From an uncultured Clostridia bacterium (GTDB lineage: Bacteria; Bacillota; Clostridia; Christensenellales; UBA1242), in assembly GCA_948442695.1 (NCBI GenBank), contig CAOJSF010000007.1, positions 3,861 to 67,860 on the forward strand: a DNA stretch of 64,000 nt, written 5' to 3'. Positions 27,178 to 38,990 of the stretch are shown here, in pieces (within the stretch, counting starts at the first letter, position 1; each line of letters starts with the position of its first letter). The notes under the pieces were generated by a model, which searched no databases, had not been told where the DNA came from, and saw nothing but the letters and a program-made list of their open reading frames with translations. The position numbers and the translations under genes are program-made.

Positions 27178-27696
27178 ATGAAGTTTTTAAAATATTCATT
27201 TCTTTTGGCTTTGGTCATTGTCTGTTTTTCGCTTTGTGGTTGTCAAGATAAAAATCTTATTCAACCAAATATAGAAAGGGACAATTATAATACTGGTGGA
27301 AATTTGACTTTTGTTTATGATGAAATTTCTCATGTTGCAACTTTTGGTGGTGAAGGAGAGGTTGTTCAGTTTTATGAAGAAGATATTGCAAAGGGTTGGG
27401 ATGAAAAGGGAAATCGAATAGGCTTTCAAATCGCAATGCCTAAAGGTGATATAGAATATAAAACTGGAAGTGCATATTTTGAAGATAAAAAACTTAATCT
27501 TAATGATATTGTTAAATTGCAAGAAGGTCAAAATATGATTGCAATTTTTCAACCTATAATAAAAAAAGATAAAGAAAAATATACTCTAAAAATAACCTGG
27601 GAAGACGGCAAAAATGAACAAATCTATCACATTGTAATTGCATCAGGCACTTATTTTATGGAGCAAACTTTTGATGATAGCAAATTAGAGAAATAA
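27178..27696 (+). CDS. Putative lipoprotein (172 aa)
   Basis: Signal peptide with lipobox-like FSLCGC (MKFLKYSFLLALVIVCFSLCGCQDKN). No functional motif. Confidence 0.65.
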   Translation: MKFLKYSFLLALVIVCFSLCGCQDKNLIQPNIERDNYNTGGNLTFVYDEISHVATFGGEGEVVQFYEEDIAKGWDEKGNRIGFQIAMPKGDIEYKTGSAYFEDKKLNLNDIVKLQEGQNMIAIFQPIIKKDKEKYTLKITWEDGKNEQIYHIVIASGTYFMEQTFDDSKLEK

Positions 27697-27804
27697 TAAT
27701 AACAGTAGGTTTTTTAAAATTGTTAATTAAAGTTTTAAAAAATTTATAGAAGAATTTGCCTATCTAATAATCAAAATTTTTGTTTTAATTGAAAAAATGA
27801 ATAA

Positions 27805-27835
27805 ACCACCGATAAATTCGGTGGTCTATTTTGTT
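27805..27835. terminator. Bidirectional intrinsic terminator between convergent genes
   Basis: ACCACCGA-taaat-TCGGTGGT with T-rich tracts on both strands. Confidence 0.75.
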
Positions 27836-27856
27836 GTTTTTGCTTGTTGTGGTTTT

Positions 27857-29386
<1,530 letters not shown>

Positions 29387-29541
29387 AATTTTATCCTTTT
29401 AGGCAAGACAAAAGCCTGCCTATTCACATACTATTCAATAAGCACAGAAAATGTTTTGAATAATATCAAATTATAAAAATTATGCAAAAATTATTATTAA
29501 TAAATAAACAATATACTTTATATTAATATCAAAATATCAAA

Positions 29542-30003
29542 TTATATTAAGCATTTTGGTTTGATGTGTTTGTAAGGCTTTGCTTTAAACTTGAATTTTT
29601 TGAAATTTGTAAAGACTTCAATGTTTAATATTTGAGATTTGTCTTCAATTTTATATTCTAATGGAATTATTTTTGTTTCATTTGCCTTCAAATAGACAGG
29701 GAAATTATTTATGATTTTGTTGTTTATATGCACTGATATTATGCTGAAAGGGGAATTAGATTTGTTTATGATCATAAGAGAAATGTCATTTGGAAAATTA
29801 TAAAAATGTTTTGCGAAATATGGCTCAATAAAAATGTATTTAAATTTGGGAAGATTTTTGAGGGTATAAACCAAAGGAACAATAAAAACAACAATAGATA
29901 AAATCAAAGCAAAAATTGCTAAGATATCTGTCGTTTTTAAAGAATTAAATTTATCAGCGTCTAGTTTTATATAAAAATAAAAGTTTGGCATAAAAAAACT
30001 CAT
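29542..30003 (-). CDS. Hypothetical membrane-anchored protein (153 aa)
   Basis: One TM (ILAIFALILSIVVFIVPLVY) followed by a beta-rich domain. No motif recognised. Confidence 0.5.
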   Translation of the reverse strand: MSFFMPNFYFYIKLDADKFNSLKTTDILAIFALILSIVVFIVPLVYTLKNLPKFKYIFIEPYFAKHFYNFPNDISLMIINKSNSPFSIISVHINNKIINNFPVYLKANETKIIPLEYKIEDKSQILNIEVFTNFKKFKFKAKPYKHIKPKCLI

Positions 30004-30208
30004 TTTAAAATATCACTGCCTCATCTTGTCGAAAACTATGTATTTTTAATCAGTATTTAAAAGTATAGTAAAAGAAAATTCATAAGTCAAACATTTTTGT
30101 AAAATATTTTACAAAATATCTCTTAAATAAAAAAAAGTGTGTTGATGAATGTGGAAATAATATATTTTATATAAGTTTTTTGACTGAGAAAGAAAATATT
30201 TATTTTGT

Positions 30209-30233
30209 GAAAAAAGACAGCAAATTTGCCGTC
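30209..30233 (-). terminator. Intrinsic terminator downstream of tRNA-Glu
   Basis: Minus strand reads AGACGGCAA-a-TTGCTGTCT (one mismatch) followed by T6. Confidence 0.5.
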
Positions 30234-30406
30234 TTTATGTGATTGTTATAAGTTTATATAGATTTGCATTTTGAAATGAAAAATTTATTGAAAAAGTTTT
30301 TTGTGGCAGACTGCTTTGCAAATAAGCACAATATTAGATTTTACAATCCCGAAACTATCTTGAAAAAAGAAAAATACGCAACCTATAATTATGGTGCGTA
30401 ATTTTT

Positions 30407-30481
30407 TGGTAGCCTCAAGGGGAATCGAACCCCTGATTCCGCCGTGAAAGGGCGATGTCTTAACCGCTTGACCATGAGGCC
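30407..30481 (-). tRNA. tRNA-Glu (anticodon UUC)
   Basis: Reverse complement GGCCTCATGGTCAAGCGGTTAAGACATCGCCCTTTCACGGCGGAATCAGGGGTTCGATTCCCCTTGAGGCTACCA folds as a cloverleaf. Anticodon loop CTTTCAC; T loop TTCGATT; encoded CCA. Confidence 0.95.
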
Positions 30482-30582
30482 TTAAAAATCATTTTATTTT
30501 TATTACTTTTTAAGTATACTCAACTTAAATTGCTTTGTCAAGGGTTTTTTATATATTTTTTCACAAATATTTCAATTTTTTT

Positions 30583-31302
30583 CTATGTTCTTCTTGCAAT
30601 AGCGCAAGCATAGATGTTTTTTGCTTTATGTAATAGATTTGCACAAGTTTCAATAGTCGCACCAGTTGTAATAATATCGTCTACAATCAAAATGTTTTTA
30701 TCTTTGATTGCTGAATTGTTTAAAAGCATAATTGAATTTTCTAGATTTGTTTGTCTTTCATTATAGTCTAAAAGTTTTTGATTTTTAGTTTGGACAATTT
30801 TATAAAGCACATCTTCAACTGGTTTTGAGGTCAGTTTACTAAGTTCATTTGCAAGAATTTTTGCTGGATTATAACCTCTTTTCTTGATAGCATCTTTGTG
30901 TGAGGGAACGGGGACAATAATATCAAACTCCACCTCTTCAATTTCCAGACGCTGGGCAATAAAGGTGGCAAAACTTTTTGCCAAATATTTTGCGCCATCA
31001 CTTTTATATTGTAAGATTGCCTTTCTGACGACACCGTCATATCTAAAAGGGGCATATGCTTTCTTGAAACTTCTCTTTTTCCTCTTGCAATGATCACAAA
31101 CATTGTTGCCTTCTTTTATTAACGTATCGCAAACTTGACAACGATTGCCTTCATTGAAGATGTTATGATTTAGACAATCTTTGCATATATAATCAGACGG
31201 AATATCACGACCACAAAATATGCACTTAAAATTGTGTGGAAAAAGTGTATCTAAAATTATATCTTTAATTTTTATAAATTTTGCTTTTAAGTTCATGTTC
31301 AT
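30583..31302 (-). CDS. comFC: ComF family protein (ComFC-like; zinc-finger + phosphoribosyltransferase domain)
   Basis: 239 aa. N-terminal CxxC pairs (CIFCGR...CKDC, CQVCD...CDHC) and C-terminal PRTase motif ILIVDDIITTGATI. Confidence 0.85.
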   Translation of the reverse strand: MNMNLKAKFIKIKDIILDTLFPHNFKCIFCGRDIPSDYICKDCLNHNIFNEGNRCQVCDTLIKEGNNVCDHCKRKKRSFKKAYAPFRYDGVVRKAILQYKSDGAKYLAKSFATFIAQRLEIEEVEFDIIVPVPSHKDAIKKRGYNPAKILANELSKLTSKPVEDVLYKIVQTKNQKLLDYNERQTNLENSIMLLNNSAIKDKNILIVDDIITTGATIETCANLLHKAKNIYACAIARRT

Positions 31303-31412
31303 ATTTTATTTTTGTGTAGTTTTAAACTTTTTTGTTGTTTTCATCTTGAATAAGATAATATTATAATAATGTAGTAAGCGGTGAGAATATTAATAATGCA
31401 ATTTGTTACTAC

Positions 31413-33650
31413 TTAATCAAACAGTTCACGAATTTTTTTGTCGCAAGCAATCAAAAAATCTTTAAGCAAGGTGAATCTTTGCACAGTATAATTGTTTGAA
31501 ACCATACGCTTTAGATTTTTCTGCTCACCGACAATGACCACCATTTTTTTTGCACGAGTTACGGCAGTGTAGATGAGGTTTCTTGTCAAGATCATGCTCG
31601 GTCCTGCTATGGCAGGAATAATGACAATGTCAAATTCAGAGCCCTGACTTTTGTGTATGGTGATGGCATAAGCAAGTGAGAGTTGATTTATCTCAGTGCG
31701 AGGATAAAGGCATCTTCTTCCGTCCTCAAAAGTCACCACCATTTCTCCAGTTTGAAAATCAATGAGTTCTACATAGCCTATGTCACCATTGAAAACGCCT
31801 TCTCCTTCTTCTTCGATAAATCCAACCTTTTTCTTCCATATGAGATTATAGTTGTTTGCTGTTTGCATGACCTTGTCACCAGTTCTGAAAATGGTGTCAC
31901 CAACTACAAGTTCCATTTTTTGAATTGAAGGTGGGTTGATTGCCTCTTGCAAACTCTTGTTTAGATTGTCAATTCCGCAAATTCCGGCTTTTAGTGGCGC
32001 AAGCACTTGAATCTGTTGGGAGGAAAGGCCGGTGAATTTTGGAAGCCTTCGGACAACCATGTCAACGATAGAATTTTTCATCGCACCGATGTCTACTCTT
32101 TCCTCAAAAAAGAAATCTTTAGAAGAATTGTCAATATATGGCATCTTTCCAGAATTTATGAGATGGGCATTTGTGATAATAAGACTGTCATCACTTTGTC
32201 TGAAAATTTTTGTAAGCATGGAAACTTTTACAATTCCACTTTTTATAATATCATCAAGCACATTTCCAGCACCTACGCTAGGAAGTTGGTCTTTATCTCC
32301 AACTAAAATAAGTTTGCAGTCTCGTGGCAGTGCCTTGCAAAGATGATTCATAAGTGCGACGTCAACCATTGATACCTCATCAACAATGACAGCATTGACT
32401 TTGAATGTGTTGTTTTCATTATAAACAAAACGGCTTATTGCGTTTATGTCGCCAGATGCAACCTCAAGTGCTCTGTGTATGGTTTTTCCTTCTTCGCCTG
32501 TGCTGTCAGAAAGTCTCTTCGATGCTCTGCCGGTAGGGGCAAGAAGCAGGTATTTTTGGTTGTTTTGCTTTAACAATTCTATGATACATTTGACAATGGT
32601 TGTTTTTCCTGTTCCAGGACCGCCAGTAATTACTGACACACCATTGTTGATGGCACTGATTATTGCATTTTTCTGCTCTTGATGAAATTCAATATTGTAT
32701 TTTTCTTCAAAGTGTTTGATTTCATCATCAATGTTTTTGGTTTGATTTAGTATAGAACTATTTAAAAGTGCAAGTTTTTGAGCAACCGCTGTTTCATAAA
32801 AATAATACTTTGAAGGGACTATGATTTCAGAGTTGTTATGCCACATTGTCATGACGGATTTGTCAAGTGTGAGATTTGAAAGGGCATCGTCAAAAAGTTG
32901 AGGAGAAGAATCAAGGTCAAGTTCAAGAAGTTGTGCTGACTGAGTAAGAAGCATATTTTTGGGCAGGTAGGTGTTTCCAGTTTTTTCAACTGAGGCATTC
33001 AAAGTATGAATAATTCCTGCTCTCACTCTATATTCGCTGTTTGAGGCAATACCGATTGACTTAGCAATTTTATCAGCAGTGGAAAATCCGATTCCGTTTA
33101 CATCTTCAACTAAGCGGTATGGATTGTTTTTGACAATGTCAATAGTCTTGCTTCCATATATCTCATAGATTTTAAGAGACATATTTGTTGTGATATTATA
33201 TTTCTGAAGAAACATTACAGCATTTTGCATTTTTTTAAGTTCTTTAAATTTTTCACCTATTTCAAGTGCCTTTTTCATTGAGATATTTTTTACTTCCGCT
33301 AAAGACGATGGGGAAAACTCAATCACATCAAATGTTTGATCTTTAAAATGCTTGACGATGTTTTTGGCAGTTGCAGGGCCAACACCTTTGATAAGGCCAG
33401 AAGAAAGATATCTTTCTATTCCGGCAAGAGAGGTTGGCAGAATCACTTCATATGAAGTGAAGGCAAACTGATATCCATATTTTGAGTTGTTGACATATTC
33501 TCCTTCAAGCGAAAGATTTTCACCCACGCTTGCATTGACGAGTTTGCCAACACAAGGCACAGAAGTGGATTTAAAGTCAAGTAAAAAAACAGTATAACCA
33601 TTTTGGTCATTCCTAAAAATTATTTCTTCAATAGGTCCTTCGATTTGCAT
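31413..33650 (-). CDS. recD2: ATP-dependent RecD2-like SF1B DNA helicase
   Basis: 745 aa. N-terminal IIFRNDQNGYTVF (OB/SH3-like), HhH segment GIKGVGPATAKNIV, Walker A ITGGPGTGKTT, LVGDKDQLPSVGAGNV, and C-terminal AITIHKSQGSEF. Confidence 0.9.
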   Translation of the reverse strand: MQIEGPIEEIIFRNDQNGYTVFLLDFKSTSVPCVGKLVNASVGENLSLEGEYVNNSKYGYQFAFTSYEVILPTSLAGIERYLSSGLIKGVGPATAKNIVKHFKDQTFDVIEFSPSSLAEVKNISMKKALEIGEKFKELKKMQNAVMFLQKYNITTNMSLKIYEIYGSKTIDIVKNNPYRLVEDVNGIGFSTADKIAKSIGIASNSEYRVRAGIIHTLNASVEKTGNTYLPKNMLLTQSAQLLELDLDSSPQLFDDALSNLTLDKSVMTMWHNNSEIIVPSKYYFYETAVAQKLALLNSSILNQTKNIDDEIKHFEEKYNIEFHQEQKNAIISAINNGVSVITGGPGTGKTTIVKCIIELLKQNNQKYLLLAPTGRASKRLSDSTGEEGKTIHRALEVASGDINAISRFVYNENNTFKVNAVIVDEVSMVDVALMNHLCKALPRDCKLILVGDKDQLPSVGAGNVLDDIIKSGIVKVSMLTKIFRQSDDSLIITNAHLINSGKMPYIDNSSKDFFFEERVDIGAMKNSIVDMVVRRLPKFTGLSSQQIQVLAPLKAGICGIDNLNKSLQEAINPPSIQKMELVVGDTIFRTGDKVMQTANNYNLIWKKKVGFIEEEGEGVFNGDIGYVELIDFQTGEMVVTFEDGRRCLYPRTEINQLSLAYAITIHKSQGSEFDIVIIPAIAGPSMILTRNLIYTAVTRAKKMVVIVGEQKNLKRMVSNNYTVQRFTLLKDFLIACDKKIRELFD

Positions 33651-33867
33651 GATTATATTTTAATATCAATCAACCTTAAAAATCAACTAAAAAACACTTG
33701 CAATTCAAAAAAAATTTTTATATACTATAAGAGAGACCAAAAGAGGAGATTTTGAAAGGTCAAGATTTGTGGTTAAATGAAATTTTGTTTATTCTTTATT
33801 CAAATAAAAATTCATTAAGTAATCAAAAATATTGACTTTTCAAATTAAATAGAAATAAGAGAGAATT

Positions 33868-34251
33868 ATGAAAAGAGCGAGCAATTTAATAGAAATTGAA
33901 TCTTTACTTGAAAATGTGATGAAAAAAAATTGTAAAAGTGGTATTTTGCGAATGAAAATACTTTTCTTTAGTCGTCTTTATGAAAATCTTTCAATAAGTA
34001 TGATAATTGAAAAGTTGGGCATTCAAAAGACAAACTTTGCACTCATGAGTTCTTCGCTTGAAAAAGAGGGATGTCTTATAATCAAAAAATCACATCTTGA
34101 TAGAAGATGTAGAATTATTGAACTGACAGAAAAAGGCAATGCAGAACTTGATGAATATTTAAAAGAAATCGACAAAATTCTGGGTGCTACTTCGCCAGAA
34201 CTTGACTATGCAATAGAAATTTTAGGCAAGTATTTGAACAAATTAATTTAA
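33868..34251 (+). CDS. MarR-family transcriptional regulator
   Basis: 127 aa. wHTH segment ISMIIEKLGIQKTNFALMSSSLEKEGCLIIKKSHLDRRCRIIELTEKG is typical of MarR. Confidence 0.75.
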   Translation: MKRASNLIEIESLLENVMKKNCKSGILRMKILFFSRLYENLSISMIIEKLGIQKTNFALMSSSLEKEGCLIIKKSHLDRRCRIIELTEKGNAELDEYLKEIDKILGATSPELDYAIEILGKYLNKLI

Positions 34252-34456
34252 TAAATTTTAAAAATTACGATAAAAAATAAGAAAATATCGTATTTTTAAT
34301 CATATAAATAATGTATGAATAGATAAAAACCAAATGAAAATTGCTTATCTGCTTATTGATTTGATTTTTTATATTTTTAAGAAAATTTAATAAAAAATCA
34401 CAAAAAAATGATAAAATTATTAAAAAAATAGGCAATTTAATTAAAAAAGGGGAATT

Positions 34457-35854
34457 ATGATTAAATTTTATAACACTTTGACTAGACGAAAGGAAGAGTT
34501 TAAACCACTGGAAGAAAATAAGGTTAAGATGTATGCCTGCGGAATAACTGTCTCTGGAAATGCCCATATAGGTCATCTTTATCAAGCGATGATATATGAT
34601 ATTATAAGAAAGGTGTTTGTCAAGAATGGTTTTGAAGTGACTTATGCTCGAAATTATACTGATATAGATGATAAAATCATCGCAAAAGCAAATGAAATGG
34701 GAGTTGACTCACATAAATATGCACAAGAGATGATTGAAAAAATAAATGACGAAATGAGTTATTTTCAAGTTGACGAACCTGATATTTGGCTTAAAGCGAC
34801 AGAAAATATCGGAAATATCATCAATTTTATTGAAAAACTCATAAAAAAAGGCTACGCTTATCCTACTAAGAATGGTGATGTTTATTTTTCAGTTGAAAAA
34901 TTTCATAAATATGGTGCTCTTTCAAATAGAAATTTGGAGGATGCTAAAAATGGCTATAGAATTGATAATGATGAAGAAAAAGTAAACCCTCTTGATTTTG
35001 CACTTTGGAAGAGTGCAAAAGAAGGTGAGCCTTTCTGGATTTCTCCATGGGGGAAGGGGAGACCAGGCTGGCATATAGAATGCTCGACCATGAATATGCA
35101 GGCTTTTGGTGAACAGATTGACATCCATGGTGGTGGAAGAGATTTGATTTTTCCACATCATGAAAATGAAATTGCACAAACTGAGGCTCTGACAGGAAAG
35201 CAATTCTCAAAATATTGGATTCACAATGGACTTATCAAAGTTGAAGGTCAAAAAATGAGCAAAAGTTTGGGCAACACCATCACTCTTGAAGAACTTAAAG
35301 AAAAATATCATCCTGAAGTTGTAAAGTTTGCACTTCTTCAAAATAGTTATCGAAGTGATATAAATATTACTGAGGCAAACTTCAAACAGGCAGAAAAACA
35401 TATCAATAATTTTTATCAAGTTTTTGCTGAAATTGAATCAAAATTTGATATAAATCAAGAAAATTTTGAAGAAAAATTCCAAAAAGATGTGTTTGATGCC
35501 ATGAATGATGATTTCAACACACCAAAAGCATTGTCTTATTTATTTGAAATATTTAAGATTATGCAAAAGAAAATTGATGACAATGATGAAAGTGTTGTAA
35601 GGGATTATTTAGGCGTAAAAAAGGCATATAAAGACTTAGGGCTTTTCGTCAACAATTCAAAAGAAGTGCTTGATTTTATTAAGCAGAAAAATAAAGATGA
35701 AATTCCACAAGATATAATAAACCTTGCTCAAAAAAGGTGGCAGGCAAAGAAAGACAGAGATTTTGCTTTGGCTGACAGTTTGCGTGGAGAACTTCTTGAG
35801 AAAGGATATGTTGTAAAAGATAGCAAAGATGGTTTTGAAATAGAAAAAATTTAG
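34457..35854 (+). CDS. cysS: Cysteine--tRNA ligase
   Basis: 465 aa. YACGITVSGNAHIGH (HIGH), WHIECS, KMSKS present. Confidence 0.95.
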   Translation: MIKFYNTLTRRKEEFKPLEENKVKMYACGITVSGNAHIGHLYQAMIYDIIRKVFVKNGFEVTYARNYTDIDDKIIAKANEMGVDSHKYAQEMIEKINDEMSYFQVDEPDIWLKATENIGNIINFIEKLIKKGYAYPTKNGDVYFSVEKFHKYGALSNRNLEDAKNGYRIDNDEEKVNPLDFALWKSAKEGEPFWISPWGKGRPGWHIECSTMNMQAFGEQIDIHGGGRDLIFPHHENEIAQTEALTGKQFSKYWIHNGLIKVEGQKMSKSLGNTITLEELKEKYHPEVVKFALLQNSYRSDINITEANFKQAEKHINNFYQVFAEIESKFDINQENFEEKFQKDVFDAMNDDFNTPKALSYLFEIFKIMQKKIDDNDESVVRDYLGVKKAYKDLGLFVNNSKEVLDFIKQKNKDEIPQDIINLAQKRWQAKKDRDFALADSLRGELLEKGYVVKDSKDGFEIEKI

Positions 35855-35994
35855 ATTATGTAGTGAAATAATTTCATTATCATAAATTAAATTATAGTAT
35901 TCTTTTTAAATTGAAAAAAGGGTTTAAAAGCAAGACAATAATTTTGTTTAGTTGGGTTAAAATAAACAGGTTTATGCCATTTGCGATAAATTGA

Positions 35995-36018
35995 AGTGCA
36001 AATTATTGCACTTTTTTT
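35995..36018 (+). terminator. Intrinsic terminator of cysS
   Basis: AGTGCAA-atta-TTGCACT followed by T7. Confidence 0.75.
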
Positions 36019-36028
36019 ATAGTAGATA

Positions 36029-36057
36029 TTGACTTTTGTAACAAAATTGTATATAAT
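36029..36057 (+). promoter_or_regulatory. Sigma-A promoter of the ankyrin-repeat gene
   Basis: TTGACT (36029-36034), 17-nt spacer, TATAAT (36052-36057). Confidence 0.6.
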
Positions 36058-36081
36058 AATGATTATAAGGTGGAGGATGAT

Positions 36082-37842
36082 ATGAAAAAATCAATGGATA
36101 AATTGATGGAAAAATTTAATTTAGCAATTAAGAATAAAGATGTTGCCACTTTGACACAAATTGTTTATAGCAACAAATTAGATTTGAATATGCCTATAAA
36201 TGAAGAGGGTGATACGCTTCTTGTTTGGTCAATTAGAAATAATTTTTGGGATTTAATAAAACCACTTTTATTAAATGATGAAATTGATATCAATAAAACA
36301 AACATGAAAAATGAGTCTGCTTTGTATGGAATGGTTTATAATGTCATTGAAAGCAATATTGATATTGAAGACAAAAAGAAGTATACAGATGTCATTCAAA
36401 GTGTTTTATATAGAAAATCTTTAAATGTAAATAGTGCCACTCTGACAATTAATGGTGATGAAAAAACACCATGGATGATGGTCTATGATGCAAGAGGTCA
36501 AAAATCATCTGAAGTGAATGAATTGATTGAAAAGTTGACTCAATCTTTTGCAAAGAAAGAGGGGCTGAGAGATCAATTTGGTATAAACGAAATTATGTAT
36601 GCCTGCCAAAAAGGTGACGAAGATTTAGTCAATAGAATTTTAAGATATGGCTATTATGATATAAATGCTCAGGATGAATTTGGTTATACGGCACTTCATC
36701 ATGCTATCATGGGTGGAAATGAAAATATTGTAAATACCATTCTTAAAATAAATGAAATTGATATCAATATTGTCAATAAAAATAATGAAGATGCTTTCTT
36801 ACTAAATTGTTTATTCCTTAGAAATTCAAATAATACAGCAAGAAAGAATATCGCAAAAACTCTTTTAAATTTTGAAAACATCAATATCAACACAATAAAC
36901 AAACATGGAGATTTTGCTCTTCATGCAGTTTATAATAAAAAAGATTTGACTTTATTTAATACTCTTCTTTCAAGATTTGATTTAGATCTTTCACAAGAAA
37001 ATGAAGTTTTGACTGAATTTGTAAGAAATTTGTTAAACAAGGGAGATTATGTAACTTTTAATAAAGTAATAAAATTGAAAAATATAAACAAAACTTGTGT
37101 TGACAGAGCAATTTCAGATGTTGTAAAGAAATCTATAAAAGAAAATAATAATGAAGCACTTGACTATATAATGTCAAACTCTGAAATTAAATTAAACAAA
37201 AATGATGATTTCTTGTCTCTTGCTTTAGAAACAAGCAATACTGGTGCAATCAATAAAATCATAAATTTAAAAGAATTTGATGTAAATAAACCAGTCAAAT
37301 ATAAATACATTGACTCAGCCATGTCTAATGGAAATATTGAGGCTTTAAGTCAAATAGTTAGACATCAATCATTTGACCCTAGTATTGTTGACCAAAACGG
37401 TGCAAATGCAATAGGTCATATGTTTAAATTAGAATCTAAAAATTTGGATAGTGATATCTTTGGTGCTGGTTGCTCATACATTTTAGATCAAATAAGCATA
37501 AACGATATTGAAGAAATTCTCAATCATGTTGATAATAATGGCAATGATGCTTTGATGAGTGCAATAGTAAACAAAGTTAGTTCAAATCATGTTGAGGTTT
37601 TCCTTGCCGCTATTAAAAAGCATTATGGTTATGTTGAAATTGATACAACTAAGAAAAACAAAGATGGCAAAACATTAGGTGATCTTGTTAAAGAGGCATT
37701 AAGCCATAAAGAAGAAGTTGAAGTCAACAGACTTGTAAAAATCTTCAAAGATTATAAAAATGCAAATGTTTTGAAAGATGCAAAAGAAAAAATGCAAACT
37801 ATCGAACTTGAACCTATTATTATTGAAGATAAAGAAATCTAA
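36082..37842 (+). CDS. Ankyrin-repeat protein (about 586 aa)
   Basis: Start moved to the ATG at 36082, 5 nt after GGAGG. Several clear ANK repeats (GDTLLVWSIRNNFWDLIKPLL; GYTALHHAIMGGNENIVNTIL; GDFALHAVYNKKDLTLFNTLL; GNDALMSAI). No signal peptide. Confidence 0.8.
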   Translation: MKKSMDKLMEKFNLAIKNKDVATLTQIVYSNKLDLNMPINEEGDTLLVWSIRNNFWDLIKPLLLNDEIDINKTNMKNESALYGMVYNVIESNIDIEDKKKYTDVIQSVLYRKSLNVNSATLTINGDEKTPWMMVYDARGQKSSEVNELIEKLTQSFAKKEGLRDQFGINEIMYACQKGDEDLVNRILRYGYYDINAQDEFGYTALHHAIMGGNENIVNTILKINEIDINIVNKNNEDAFLLNCLFLRNSNNTARKNIAKTLLNFENININTINKHGDFALHAVYNKKDLTLFNTLLSRFDLDLSQENEVLTEFVRNLLNKGDYVTFNKVIKLKNINKTCVDRAISDVVKKSIKENNNEALDYIMSNSEIKLNKNDDFLSLALETSNTGAINKIINLKEFDVNKPVKYKYIDSAMSNGNIEALSQIVRHQSFDPSIVDQNGANAIGHMFKLESKNLDSDIFGAGCSYILDQISINDIEEILNHVDNNGNDALMSAIVNKVSSNHVEVFLAAIKKHYGYVEIDTTKKNKDGKTLGDLVKEALSHKEEVEVNRLVKIFKDYKNANVLKDAKEKMQTIELEPIIIEDKEI

Positions 37843-37881
37843 ATAAAATTATCAAAATATTAAATCATAAAAATATTAAAA

Positions 37882-37908
37882 AATGCACTTTAAAAGGTGC
37901 ATTTTTTT
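37882..37908 (+). terminator. Intrinsic terminator
   Basis: AATGCAC-N8-GTGCATT followed by T7. Confidence 0.7.
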
Positions 37909-38094
37909 AAATTAACTATCTTGATAAAAAATCTATGGGTTCAAGATGTATGTCAGGATATAAATGCAAAGCAACTTGTGGATTCCCTGATGGTGTAACT
38001 CTTGAAAGTGAAGTTTAAAAAATGAGATGTGAGTTGTTTTGGTTTGAGAATAATAGAATGATAAATCAAAAATTTATGAAAATCTCTTGTATAT

Positions 38095-38132
38095 AAACAA
38101 AAAACTAAACCTGAAATGGTTTAGTTTTTTGT
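38095..38132. terminator. Bidirectional intrinsic terminator
   Basis: AAACTAAACC-tgaaat-GGTTTAGTTT (10 bp) flanked by an A-run and a T-run, just downstream (minus sense) of the stop at 38143. Confidence 0.75.
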
Positions 38133-38142
38133 TCTTAAATTT

Positions 38143-38778
38143 TCAACAACTTTTGAAGTGTTTTTGCAAAATAATTATACGGGTTTTTAGTTCATTTAAA
38201 AAACCGCCTTCATGTTCAATTTCAAAAATTTCATCATCAGTTTTCAGAGAGTATTTTACAAATAAATTTTGTATATAGGTGTATTTGTTGCTGTCATAGT
38301 GACCTAGCCCAGTGTCGTCTTCAGTATAACTTCCTTTAAGCATATTTTTCATAAGGATAAATCTATCGCAAGAGCCAACATCGATTTCGTTAGTTGAATT
38401 AAATTCATTGAAAAGTGGTTTTTCATTTAAATTGATTTCACAACTTTTAATTTGCTTTTCTGTTAATAATTGAGACAAAAGAAAGTCGCCAACTTTTTGT
38501 TTTAAGGCAGTTTTTAATAAATCATCAATATTAGTTTCTCTGCAGATTACCATAAGTCTTATAGGTAGAGAATTTTTATAAAAAATAATAGCGTGATGTT
38601 TGTTTCCTATTGAGATATTATTATTGTTTGAAATTAAACAGTTGCAATTTCTAACAATTTTAAAACTATCATATGGGAATTCTTCTCTTTCGACACCATC
38701 AATAAAGGCACCATTAAAACAATCATGGTGGTTTTTATGTTGTTCAGTCCATAAGTCTATACTTTCGATTTTTACCAT
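38143..38778 (-). CDS. Hypothetical protein (211 aa)
   Basis: Long ORF with its own terminator. No motif recognised. Confidence 0.55.
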   Translation of the reverse strand: MVKIESIDLWTEQHKNHHDCFNGAFIDGVEREEFPYDSFKIVRNCNCLISNNNNISIGNKHHAIIFYKNSLPIRLMVICRETNIDDLLKTALKQKVGDFLLSQLLTEKQIKSCEINLNEKPLFNEFNSTNEIDVGSCDRFILMKNMLKGSYTEDDTGLGHYDSNKYTYIQNLFVKYSLKTDDEIFEIEHEGGFLNELKTRIIILQKHFKSC

Positions 38779-38990
38779 AAACTTATTATATCACATATAA
38801 CTTTTTTAGTAAACAAAATATCTATACAAAGTAGTTGAAACGAATCTATTTATTATATTTTTCTGTTTTGTTTAATAAAGTGATATATTTTATATTAAAA
38901 TTTTGTAGAAATTTTGATATTTGAGAATTTGAAAAATGCTTTTTTGAAAAAATATTATGTTTTGTTGTGGCTTTATGATATAATTGTTTT

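Noticed and set aside
34252-34456. T-box or other leader upstream of cysS (and 45428..45714 upstream of leuS).
   Set aside because: No specifier or T-box (AGGGTGGNACCGCG-like) sequence and no terminator/antiterminator pair. The leuS promoter leaves only about 25 nt of leader. The cysS upstream region is plain AT-rich DNA.
34265-34585. 106-aa minus-strand ORF overlapping the cysS start.
   Set aside because: AT-rich antisense or intergenic artefact (I/L/F/K/N-rich). It conflicts with the well-supported cysS start and SD.
37935-38018. 27-codon Cys-rich ORF (MGSRCMSGYKCKATCGFPDGVTLESEV) as a possible RiPP or SCIFF-like precursor.
   Set aside because: It has no SD and no adjacent maturation genes. 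The radical SAM gene at 38991 is the TIGR01212 type, on the far side of another gene. It lies between two terminators and does not resemble the SCIFF consensus.
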